DNA of 64,000 nt, from the NCBI GenBank assembly GCA_965661945.1, contig CBFIFP010000001.1, forward strand, positions 638,531 through 702,530, written 5' to 3'. Origin of the DNA: Candidatus Kapaibacteriales bacterium. GTDB lineage: Bacteria > Bacteroidota > Ignavibacteria > Kapaibacteriales > UBA2268. Each line of letters starts with the position of its first letter. The stretch's first letter is position 1. The translations under genes and the position numbers were made by a program. The notes below the pieces were generated by a model. It did not search any database, was not told the origin of the DNA, and saw nothing but the letters and a program-made list of their open reading frames with translations. Shown in pieces: positions 26,285 to 34,951 of this stretch.

Positions 26285-26403
26285 TTTTATTGCCTTCGTT
26301 AAAAAAAGAATTACAAAATTAAGTATATTTAATTTTATTTCCAAATAAAATTATTTTTATGTTGAAAATTTATCTAATAAAATTTTATTTTTCCAAATTC
26401 TTT

Positions 26404-27180
26404 TTATTTCTTAATTAAAGGCAATGTATATGTTTTTCCTTTATTGTCTGTTATTGCTTTGATATATCTTCCTGTTGAAAGCGAAGATATATTGATTTCT
26501 TGCATCGGATTATAATTATCTACTCTTAAAACAACATTACCTAGTAGGTCATAAATTTTTACAGAAGAATTTGCGAAATCTACTTTTTGCTCGTTTTTGA
26601 CATCTAAGGTCACAACATCACTTGCTGGATTAGGAAATAGAACAAATTCTTTAGGTATTTCATACGTTACAGATTTTACTCCATCTACTGAAATATCATA
26701 ATTAATGTCAATTTCTATAAAATCGTTCTCAGGGTCAGCAACATTCATAAACTTAATTCTAACTTTAGTTTTTCCTGGTACTCTTATGTCTTCCCATGTG
26801 TTAGGTGGATAAGGATGTAAGTAAATCTGGAAACTTGGAAAGAAAATTTCATTAGAAGATTGCCCGGCTTTCCAAGGATATGTTTGGGTTTCTACAAAAT
26901 CTTCATCCATTGCATTGTAACATACTATTGTGCAGTAACTTATTGAATGGCTATCTGCTCTTTCAATAAATTTCATGCTTGAGAAAACCTCAATATCCTG
27001 ATTGCTAGTATTTATAATTTCACCGTAGGAGGTGGCTTGATATTGATAGAGCAATGAATCAGGGTCAGTGGTTATAAAGTTTTTTTCTACAAATTCATCT
27101 ACCCACTGAAGCTTTAGGGATTGTGCATTTGTTGAATATACTACAAATACCAAAGTGATAATTGTTAAAAGTAATTTCAT
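26404..27180 (-). CDS. Secreted hypothetical protein with T9SS C-terminal sorting domain
   Basis: Signal peptide. C-terminal LFPNPASDVVTLDV...VKIYDLLGNVVLRV...LSTGRYIKAITDNKGKTYTLPLIKK. Confidence 0.6.
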   Translation of the reverse strand: MKLLLTIITLVFVVYSTNAQSLKLQWVDEFVEKNFITTDPDSLLYQYQATSYGEIINTSNQDIEVFSSMKFIERADSHSISYCTIVCYNAMDEDFVETQTYPWKAGQSSNEIFFPSFQIYLHPYPPNTWEDIRVPGKTKVRIKFMNVADPENDFIEIDINYDISVDGVKSVTYEIPKEFVLFPNPASDVVTLDVKNEQKVDFANSSVKIYDLLGNVVLRVDNYNPMQEINISSLSTGRYIKAITDNKGKTYTLPLIKK

Positions 27181-27284
27181 AATTTATTCCTTTTATTTGT
27201 TCTTTTGACTAAACTTTTTTAATATTGTAAACGTATTAAATACAAAGTTAAGAATTTTTTTTAAAAAAAAGTGAGAATTTATTT

Positions 27285-27788
27285 ATGAAAACGAATATCA
27301 TGTACTCTTTATTGTTAATTTTTATTGCTTTTTCTTTAAAAGCAAATGATAGAACTGTTCCATCTGTAAAATTAAAAGATACTAAAGGTCAAACATTTGA
27401 TACTAAAGATATGCATAATGATGGTAAGCCATATATTATCAATTTTTGGGCTACTTGGTGTAAGCCGTGTATTCAGGAGTTAAATAATATTAACGAACAT
27501 TATGAAAAATGGCAGAAAGAAACCGGTATGAAAGTTTATGCAATTTCTATTGATGATTCTAGAAACTCTAGAAGAGTAGCACCATTTGTTTCAGGTCGTG
27601 GTTGGACTTATGAAGTTTTGCTTGACCCAAACTCTGATTTAAAACGTTCTATGAATGTAAATAATCCGCCACATACTTTTTTAGTAGATGGCAAGGGTAA
27701 TATTGTTTGGGAACACAATGGCTATGCTCCAGGTGATGAGCAAGGTTTGTATGAAAAATATAAAGAATTAATAAAAAAAGGTGAGTAA
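27285..27788 (+). CDS. TlpA-like thiol:disulfide oxidoreductase (thioredoxin fold, exported)
   Basis: Signal peptide. FWATWCKPCIQEL contains the CxxC active site. Confidence 0.8.
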   Translation: MKTNIMYSLLLIFIAFSLKANDRTVPSVKLKDTKGQTFDTKDMHNDGKPYIINFWATWCKPCIQELNNINEHYEKWQKETGMKVYAISIDDSRNSRRVAPFVSGRGWTYEVLLDPNSDLKRSMNVNNPPHTFLVDGKGNIVWEHNGYAPGDEQGLYEKYKELIKKGE

Positions 27789-27932
27789 ATGGAATTTCCA
27801 ATAACTACATCAGGTATTATTTTTATTACTATGGGCTGGGGCTTTGTTATAAGTTTATTTTTATCTTGTAATGTCAAAGTCTTAAAAAGTGGTAACAAGT
27901 TAGAAACTAGCTTAGAGACCAGTGAAGAATAG
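27789..27932 (+). CDS. Small membrane ORF (47 aa), start abuts the TlpA-like stop
   Basis: TAAATG junction. Hand translation MEFPITTSGIIFITMGWGFVISLFLSCNVKVLKSGNKLETSLETSEE has one predicted TM helix. Below the ORF-track cutoff. Confidence 0.35.
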   Translation: MEFPITTSGIIFITMGWGFVISLFLSCNVKVLKSGNKLETSLETSEE

Positions 27933-27963
27933 TTAAAATTATTAAAAAAATGTTGAATAATAT

Positions 27964-28004
27964 AAAATCCCCTTAATGTTTATAATATTTAGAGGATTTT
28001 TTTA
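27964..28004 (+). terminator. Candidate rho-independent terminator
   Basis: AAAATCCCCT ... AGAGGATTTT imperfect stem with a 17-nt loop and a T-run. Confidence 0.4.
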
Positions 28005-28111
28005 TTGGTTTTATAATTTTATTCGTCTTAACTCTAAATTAACTTAGAATTTATTCTAAACTAATTTATCTATCTTAATTTTGCATGTTAAATTTATAAA
28101 AATTAGAAAAT

Positions 28112-29530
28112 ATGAAAGAAAACAAAAAAAATAGAAGAGACTTTATTAAGCAATCGGCTGGTTACAGTGTTGGTTTTATGGGTTTAGCAAACTTTTTTTC
28201 TCTTGGGCTAAGTTCTTGTGATGTAAAAGAAACGAATAAGGTTACAAAAGATATTGTGCCCAAATTAGGATATGGAGATTTAATTAAAGATCCTAATGGT
28301 TTGTTAAATTTACCAAAAGGATTTTCGTATAAAATTATTTCGAAGCAAGGAAATAAAATGGAAGGAGACTTATTAATTCCTGGTAAAATGGATGCTATGG
28401 GTACTTTCCAGCTTGATAAAGATAGATGTATAATTGTAAGAAATCATGAGATTAATCCGGAATGGCTAAAAGAAGGCGCATTCGGAGAAGATTTATCATT
28501 ACTTAAAAATGCAGATAAAACTAAATTTTACGATTATGGTTTTGGTCAAATGCCAGGATTAGGTGGGACTTCAAATGTAGTTTTTAATACTAAAACTCAA
28601 GAAGTAGAAAAAGAGTTCATGAGTTTGTTAGGCACTGAAAATAATTGTGCAGGTGGTATAACTCCATGGAAAACATGGGTTACTTGCGAAGAGACTGTAA
28701 GTAAAAAATCAAACGAAAGAGAAAAAGACCACGGTTACTGTTTTGAAGTAAGCCCCTCCCCTGTTCCAAAACTTTCTGAACCAATTCCAATAAAATCAAT
28801 GGGAAGATTTAATCATGAGGCAGTTTCTGTTGACCCTAATACTGGAATTGTATATCTAACAGAAGATAGATATGATTCTTGTATATATAGATATATTCCA
28901 AATGTTTATGGTGAGTTGTTGAAAGGTGGAAAATTACAAGCCCTTGCTATAAAAAATAATAAATCAATGGATACAAGGAATTGGGAGGAAAGTGGAGTAG
29001 AGACTAAATTAAATGAGGAAATGCAAGTTGAGTGGATTGATTTAGAAAACGTTGAATCTCCTGAAGATGATTTAAGATATAGAGCAAATAAAGACGGCGC
29101 AGCAGTTTTTGCAAGAGGTGAAGGTATGTGGTTTGGTAATGGTGAGTTGTTTTGGTGCTGCACTAATGGTGGAGTAGCAAAAATGGGACAAATATTTAAA
29201 TATGTTCCTAGCGCTTTTGAGGGAACTGAAAAAGAAAGTGAGGTACCGGGTAAAGTTACATTATTTGTAGAATCACCTGGAAGCAATGTTTTGCAAAATT
29301 GTGATAATATGACTGTTTCTCCTTGGGGTGATATAGTTGTTTGTGAAGATAATGAACATCCATTTTTAAGAGGTATTACACCTGCTGGAGAAATATATAA
29401 TATTGCCGAAAATATTGGAGCAGAATCTGAGCTTGCAGGTGCGGTTTTTTCTCCAGATGGGAGCACTCTTTTTGTGAATATCCAGCACGCTGGTTTATGT
29501 GTTGCAATAACTGGTCCTTGGAGAGCTTAA
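28112..29530 (+). CDS. phoX: PhoX-like (DUF839) secreted phosphatase with Tat signal
   Basis: Twin-arginine leader NRRDFIKQSAG. NCAGGITPWKTWVTCEE and a beta-propeller-like remainder, typical of the PhoX/DUF839 family. Confidence 0.75.
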   Translation: MKENKKNRRDFIKQSAGYSVGFMGLANFFSLGLSSCDVKETNKVTKDIVPKLGYGDLIKDPNGLLNLPKGFSYKIISKQGNKMEGDLLIPGKMDAMGTFQLDKDRCIIVRNHEINPEWLKEGAFGEDLSLLKNADKTKFYDYGFGQMPGLGGTSNVVFNTKTQEVEKEFMSLLGTENNCAGGITPWKTWVTCEETVSKKSNEREKDHGYCFEVSPSPVPKLSEPIPIKSMGRFNHEAVSVDPNTGIVYLTEDRYDSCIYRYIPNVYGELLKGGKLQALAIKNNKSMDTRNWEESGVETKLNEEMQVEWIDLENVESPEDDLRYRANKDGAAVFARGEGMWFGNGELFWCCTNGGVAKMGQIFKYVPSAFEGTEKESEVPGKVTLFVESPGSNVLQNCDNMTVSPWGDIVVCEDNEHPFLRGITPAGEIYNIAENIGAESELAGAVFSPDGSTLFVNIQHAGLCVAITGPWRA

Positions 29531-30322
29531 TTGTTTAATTATTCAATTCAAAAAAAGTTAGATATTTTAGATATTAAAAGTAAGCAATTAGATATTCCTA
29601 AAACTGCTTTTTTTGATATGGATAATACTTTGCTTGTTGGTGATATTGGTGAGTTAATTATCCTTGCTATTCTTATGAGTAAGTTTCAGGAAAATAATAA
29701 TTTAGCTATGACTTTGGGAATGACTTGGGCTGAGTATAATAATTGTTTGGCTATGAATGGTGAGCCATTTGCTTATCAAGAAATTATCAAAGCAAAAGAA
29801 GGCAATAGTATAGAAAATCTCAGTAAGTTGACCCTTGAGCTTTTGAGCGATAAGCAACCCCTAAAATTTATTGAGGGAGACTATCAAATTCTAAAGCCAA
29901 AACCAAAACCAAATAAAGCTATTAAAATTATTTTAAAGGAATTGATAGAAAGAGAATACCAAGTTTATGTAATTACTGCTAGCAGCCATTACATTGCTGA
30001 AACGGTTATATCTAATTGGTTCCCTGAAATTAATTTAAAAAATGTTTACGGAGTTAAAAATATTTTAAATGGTAATATTTTAACAAATGAATTAGAAAAT
30101 CCTTTTCCTATCAATGAAGGTAAGGGCTTAGTAATAGATAGTATTACTAAGACTTTTAAACCTTTAATTATTGCAGGAGATAGCCCTAATGATTTATTTA
30201 TGTTTAATAGAACTCATAATGAAGGAATGAAATTAATTGTAAATCATAAACTTAAAAAAACTATTAAGATATTGAAAAAAATTGGGACAATAAAAAATAC
30301 TTATCTTATAAAATGGAGCTAA
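29531..30322 (+). CDS. HAD-superfamily hydrolase (subfamily IB-like)
   Basis: Motif I FFDMDNTLL, motif II ITASS, motif IV GDSPNDLFM. TTG start directly after the phoX stop. Confidence 0.65.
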   Translation: MFNYSIQKKLDILDIKSKQLDIPKTAFFDMDNTLLVGDIGELIILAILMSKFQENNNLAMTLGMTWAEYNNCLAMNGEPFAYQEIIKAKEGNSIENLSKLTLELLSDKQPLKFIEGDYQILKPKPKPNKAIKIILKELIEREYQVYVITASSHYIAETVISNWFPEINLKNVYGVKNILNGNILTNELENPFPINEGKGLVIDSITKTFKPLIIAGDSPNDLFMFNRTHNEGMKLIVNHKLKKTIKILKKIGTIKNTYLIKWS

Positions 30323-30534
30323 CTATGAAAGCAATGATATCTACAAAGTTTGAAAATGGTAATATTGAGTTACCCAAAAACTTAGTAATTAGAAATGGAA
30401 GTAAACTTTTTATTAATATTGTGGAAAATGAAAATGAGTTTCATGACATTTTAAAGAAATTTTACGTTGAAGAAATTGATGACAATTTTGATGAAATTGA
30501 TAGGATATATAATAAAAATAATTTGATTTTTTAA
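30313..30534 (+). CDS. Hypothetical small protein
   Basis: ORF only, overlapping the HAD gene end. The true start may be the ATG at 30325 (MKAMIST...). Confidence 0.3.
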   Translation: MELTMKAMISTKFENGNIELPKNLVIRNGSKLFINIVENENEFHDILKKFYVEEIDDNFDEIDRIYNKNNLIF

Positions 30535-30649
30535 CTAATTGATTTATAGTATTGTATGTGATATTAATAATTAATATTTAATATTTTTACCAAATTAAAT
30601 ATATATTTTTTAATTTTGTGAATTAGAATTAAAAAATAAAGGATTTAAA

Positions 30650-31312
30650 ATGGAATTATATATCGATACAGCAAACTTAGCTCACATCAAAGAAGTTGCT
30701 TCTTATGGTTTTATATCTGGAGTAACAACTAATCCTTCTTTGTTGGCTAAAGAAGATCCAACCAAAGATGTAAAGGATATCATTAAGGAAATTTATTCTA
30801 CTGTTGGTGGGCATTTATCGGTAGAGGTTAACTCAATAAAAGCAGATGAGATGCTTAAAGAAGCAGATGAAATACTTTCTTGGTTTCCTGAAGCGACAAT
30901 AAAAGTACCAATGATACCTAATGGTTTAACTGCAGTGAATGAACTTGCTAAAAGAGGTATTCCTACTAATGTAACTTTAGTATTTTCTCCTACTCAAGCT
31001 ATTGCGGCTAATAATGCTGGGGCTACTTATGTTTCTGTATTTATGGGTAGATTAGACGATATTGGAATGAATTCCTCAGATATACTTGATGATATTTGCG
31101 AAATTTGGAATGTAAATGAATATGATTCAATGATTATAGCTGCTTCTATCAGACACCCTATGCACTTATTAGATGCTGCAAGAAGTGGAGCTCATATTTC
31201 GACGGTGCCATATAATGTTTTAATGCAATCGCTTAAACACCCTTTAACTGACTCTGGCTTGAATGCTTTTATGGCTGATTATGAAAAAATGAAATCAGCT
31301 AAAGCGAAATAA
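30650..31312 (+). CDS. fsa: Fructose-6-phosphate aldolase / transaldolase subfamily 3B
   Basis: MELYIDTANLAHIKEV...GVTTNPSL...TIKVPM. At 220 aa it resembles E. coli FsaA and B. subtilis Tal. Preceded by an AAGGA SD. Confidence 0.9.
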   Translation: MELYIDTANLAHIKEVASYGFISGVTTNPSLLAKEDPTKDVKDIIKEIYSTVGGHLSVEVNSIKADEMLKEADEILSWFPEATIKVPMIPNGLTAVNELAKRGIPTNVTLVFSPTQAIAANNAGATYVSVFMGRLDDIGMNSSDILDDICEIWNVNEYDSMIIAASIRHPMHLLDAARSGAHISTVPYNVLMQSLKHPLTDSGLNAFMADYEKMKSAKAK

Positions 31313-31367
31313 TATTATTAGGTATAAATTCTTTTAATATTTTGGATTTGTATATTATTTTAAAATG

Positions 31368-31410
31368 AACTTCCTAAGGTTTTAAATCTTTGGAAGTTAT
31401 TTTTTTTTTA
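31368..31410. terminator. Candidate bidirectional terminator between fsa and hprK
   Basis: AACTTCC ... GGAAGTT stem followed by a long T-run. Confidence 0.5.
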
Positions 31411-31427
31411 ATTTGTTTTATAACTTG

Positions 31428-32432
31428 TTATTCTATATCACCTTGAAAGTAATTAATAATACGGTTTTCATTACCTTTATTTTTAATTCGTTCGCTTAGT
31501 TTATTTGCAAAGACTTCTGATGCGTCATAACCATAAGTTTTTAATAAATAGTTTAATGCAATAACTTCAGCAATTACTGTTACGTTTTTACCAGGAATTA
31601 TAGGAAGTTTAACTGCGTTTATTTCTACTCCAAGTACTTCTATTGGAATTTGCTCCAATCCTGTACGAGTGTATTCAGTGTTTTCGTTCCATTCTTCTAA
31701 CTCTACTATAATCTCTAATCTCTTTTGAAATCTAATTGACCTAATACCAAACATTTGTCTTACATCAATTATTCCCAAACCTCTGATTTCCATAAAGTGT
31801 TGAACCAGCGAGGTACCAGTTCCCATAAGTGTTGTTTCGCCTTTTTTGTTAATCAATACAATATCATCAGCTACCAAGCGGTGGCCTCTTTCTATCAAAT
31901 CAAGTGCGATTTCAGATTTACCAATTCCGCTTCTTCCAACAAAGAATAGACCAACACCGTAAACATCGACAAAAGACCCATGAAGCATTGTTTGCTCTAT
32001 AAATTGGTCGTCGAGGAAGTCGGATAAAATAGCAAAAGCTTTAGTTGATTCATATTTAGTTTGAAAAACTGCTATTTCATATTTTTTACAAATTTCAAGA
32101 AGATTGTCATCAAATTTATGATTATTTGTTAAAATAATACAAGGGAGTCTAAATTTTGATATTTTCTCAAATGCTTTTATTCTGTCTTCTTTATTTAGAC
32201 TTTTTAGATAATATATTTCTGTATTACCAAAAAGTTGCACTGATTTAAAACTAAAAAGTTCTACATATCCTGTAAGTGCTAATTGAGGTCTGTGAATATG
32301 CTTACTTTGAAGTTTATTATGAAAACCAGTTTCACCCAAAAGTGAAACTGGTTTGATAGGTGAATTTGCGATTAAAGAAACGTAGATGTATTCTTTTTTT
32401 ATTATTTCTAAATTAGCAAACTGATTTTGCAT
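31428..32432 (-). CDS. hprK: HPr kinase/phosphorylase
   Basis: Walker-type GRSGIGKSEIALDLIERGHRLVADD and the downstream signature MEIRGLGIIDV. Confidence 0.9.
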   Translation of the reverse strand: MQNQFANLEIIKKEYIYVSLIANSPIKPVSLLGETGFHNKLQSKHIHRPQLALTGYVELFSFKSVQLFGNTEIYYLKSLNKEDRIKAFEKISKFRLPCIILTNNHKFDDNLLEICKKYEIAVFQTKYESTKAFAILSDFLDDQFIEQTMLHGSFVDVYGVGLFFVGRSGIGKSEIALDLIERGHRLVADDIVLINKKGETTLMGTGTSLVQHFMEIRGLGIIDVRQMFGIRSIRFQKRLEIIVELEEWNENTEYTRTGLEQIPIEVLGVEINAVKLPIIPGKNVTVIAEVIALNYLLKTYGYDASEVFANKLSERIKNKGNENRIINYFQGDIE

Positions 32433-32434
32433 AT

Positions 32435-32719
32435 TTATTGATTAATTTTGGTTTTGTGTTTTCTAATTTGTCTGACCATTTTTTCGGTTGCGTCGTGTAA
32501 TGCTTTTTTTAGCTCTTCGTTTTCTTCGTTTATAACCAAAGTTTTTTCTTTGATGTGAATTTTAATTTCAACTTGCTTTGGAGTTTGATTTGAAAAAACA
32601 ACTTCTCCTGATATGATGTTGTCATGAAATCTTTCTAATTTCTCTAATGATTCAATAGCCATTTCTTGCAAGTTAGGATGACTTCCCTCAAAGTGTCTAA
32701 ATGTTACATTTGTTTCCAT
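32435..32719 (-). CDS. hpf: Ribosome hibernation promoting factor / RaiA family (short form)
   Basis: 94 aa. NVTFRHFEGSHPNLQEMAIESLEKLERFHDNIISGEVVFS is typical of the sigma-54 modulation protein family. Confidence 0.85.
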   Translation of the reverse strand: METNVTFRHFEGSHPNLQEMAIESLEKLERFHDNIISGEVVFSNQTPKQVEIKIHIKEKTLVINEENEELKKALHDATEKMVRQIRKHKTKINQ

Positions 32720-32722
32720 TTT

Positions 32723-33502
32723 TTAATCTCCCTTATTTATGTGATAAAAATTTAATGTTAAACCGATATTTATTTCAAAAATAAAATTATTGAACCAAAA
32801 TCTTTTACCTAAGTTGTGAAAATCCGATTTCATTTGAGGGATAATAGGAGAAAATAAATCTACATTTCTATAAATGTAATTAATTCTTGGCTCTATTGTA
32901 ATTCCACCCAAAAAAGATTCTTCACTTTCCTTGTCAAAACCAAGCTCCGTAGTTGAATATAAACGCAATGTCGGAAAAAACATTAATTGGTCATATAATG
33001 TTCCTCCTTTGCGAGTATCCCAATCGTAGGTAATAATGTCTTCATACCAAAATACTTTAGAGACTACTACTCCAGCAGCAATTCCAGCATAAGATTTAAA
33101 TTGATTGCTTTGCTTTGGATTAAATTCAAAAAGAAAAAGAACTGGCACATCAGTGATATTAATATCTTGGACTATATCTCTTTTTGCAAGATTAGCACCA
33201 GGAATTTGTTGGGAATAGACATCATTTATAGTAACTCTATAAAAAGATAATGAATATCCCATTTTGTAAATATTTTTGTAAGAATATTTACCTGAAAAAG
33301 ATATTGTCGGGGTTTTTGAAAAATCTTCAACTCCACCACCTAAATCTCTTTTATATATTTCAAAAAAGTCTGGATTTTGACCAGTTATTAATCCACCTAT
33401 TTGTAGATGAACTACTGAACTAACTTTATTATTTATTTGTTGATCCTTATTTTTATAAGCATATAACTGATTAATAAATAATATTGTTAATAAGTATAAC
33501 AT
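32723..33502 (-). CDS. Hypothetical outer-membrane beta-barrel-like protein
   Basis: Signal peptide and alternating-hydrophobic strands throughout. No family recognised. Confidence 0.4.
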   Translation of the reverse strand: MLYLLTILFINQLYAYKNKDQQINNKVSSVVHLQIGGLITGQNPDFFEIYKRDLGGGVEDFSKTPTISFSGKYSYKNIYKMGYSLSFYRVTINDVYSQQIPGANLAKRDIVQDINITDVPVLFLFEFNPKQSNQFKSYAGIAAGVVVSKVFWYEDIITYDWDTRKGGTLYDQLMFFPTLRLYSTTELGFDKESEESFLGGITIEPRINYIYRNVDLFSPIIPQMKSDFHNLGKRFWFNNFIFEINIGLTLNFYHINKGD

Positions 33503-34341
33503 TATTTAGCCATAAACCATTCAATAAATCTAATAAGAGTGTGTTTCATCTCTTTTCGATGAACAATTTTATCTACAAAACCATGTTCTAATAAAAATTC
33601 TGCTGTTTGAAAATCTTTTGGTAGTTTTTTCTTAATTGTGTCTTCAATAACTCTTGGACCGGCGAAGCCAATTAATGCTCCTGGCTCTGCAAGGATTATA
33701 TCTCCTAACATGGCGTAGGAAGCACTTACTCCTCCTGTTGTAGGATGAGTTAAAATTGATATAAACGGTAACCCATTATCAGCAAGACGAGATAAAGCTA
33801 CGCTAGTTTTAGCCATTTGCATAAGAGAAAGTGCCGCTTCTTGCATTCTTGCTCCACCAGAAGCAGAAATACAAATGAATGGTATTTTTTTCTCAATAGC
33901 GTGGTTGACAGCTCTTACAAATTTTTCTCCAACAACGGAACCCATACTTCCACCAATGAAGCCAAAATTCATACAAGCAAATGATACTTCACTCCCCCCC
34001 ATTTTTCCATATCCAGTGGTTAAAGCATCACTAAATTCAGTTGATGAATATGCTTTCGCTAATCTATCTTTGTAAGATTTGGTATCGACAAATTTAAGAG
34101 GGTCTCCGGATTTTACATTTTTATGAGTTTCAACAAATGTATTTTTGTCAAATAAAATTTTGATGTATTCGTTGCTTCCAATCCTAAAGTGGTGAGTGCT
34201 ATTTGGGTCGGTGAACATATTTTCCTCAAGTTGAGACTTATAAATAATCTCACCTGTAGGACTTTTAGTCCATAAACCTTCTGGCATTTCTTTGATTTCT
34301 TTTTCTTTTATATTTTTATCAGACCTTTGGAACCAAGACAT
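33502..34341 (-). CDS. accD: Acetyl-CoA carboxylase carboxyltransferase beta subunit
   Basis: Collinear with E. coli AccD: MSW...PEGLWTK, FIGGSMGSVVGEKFVRA, SASGGARMQEA, LIGFAGPRVIE. The N-terminal zinc-ribbon cysteines are absent (see findings). Confidence 0.9.
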   Translation of the reverse strand: MSWFQRSDKNIKEKEIKEMPEGLWTKSPTGEIIYKSQLEENMFTDPNSTHHFRIGSNEYIKILFDKNTFVETHKNVKSGDPLKFVDTKSYKDRLAKAYSSTEFSDALTTGYGKMGGSEVSFACMNFGFIGGSMGSVVGEKFVRAVNHAIEKKIPFICISASGGARMQEAALSLMQMAKTSVALSRLADNGLPFISILTHPTTGGVSASYAMLGDIILAEPGALIGFAGPRVIEDTIKKKLPKDFQTAEFLLEHGFVDKIVHRKEMKHTLIRFIEWFMAK

Positions 34342-34889
34342 TAGCTCTCCTCATTTATTGGTACTTCTATATCAATAATATCAATTCCGTTTCCATCAAA
34401 AATATGCAAAATAGAACCATAATTCAGTCTCTCAACAGTATTAAAAAAGAGAGCTGGTTTGAGAGATATATCCATTATTCCCATATCACTAAATTCTCCT
34501 GTTAAGACTTCAATACTATCTATTTTTTTAGTGACTATTGAAACTTGTTTACCGATATGTGGTTTAATTGCTTTAATTATTAATTTTTGAACTTCTGGTT
34601 TTCTTAATTTAACTTTTAAAGGTCGAACTTGTTTTAAAGTTAGTAATTCACTGCCATTTTTATTATAAATAGCAAAAATTCTTTTTTGTTGTTCTTCGTA
34701 AAATTTTATATTTACAGCTCCTTCTTTTGCAAATTCAGAAGATAATTGAATCATTTGTGAATTTAAGTTCTTCAAAATTCCTTTTTGTACCCTTAAAACA
34801 TTTTTATTAAAATCTTTATAAATAATTGATAAAATTGTTGATTTATGTTTTGAAATAATCTGTAATACGTTTTGAGTAATGTTATTCAT
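34341..34889 (-). CDS. Hypothetical protein
   Basis: ORF whose stop codon overlaps the accD start codon by 1 nt. No motif recognised. Confidence 0.4.
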   Translation of the reverse strand: MNNITQNVLQIISKHKSTILSIIYKDFNKNVLRVQKGILKNLNSQMIQLSSEFAKEGAVNIKFYEEQQKRIFAIYNKNGSELLTLKQVRPLKVKLRKPEVQKLIIKAIKPHIGKQVSIVTKKIDSIEVLTGEFSDMGIMDISLKPALFFNTVERLNYGSILHIFDGNGIDIIDIEVPINEES

Positions 34890-34951
34890 TTTTACCTGTT
34901 TTATTTTTATGTTGCACTAAATTAAGCAAAATTAATAAAAATTACAAATTA

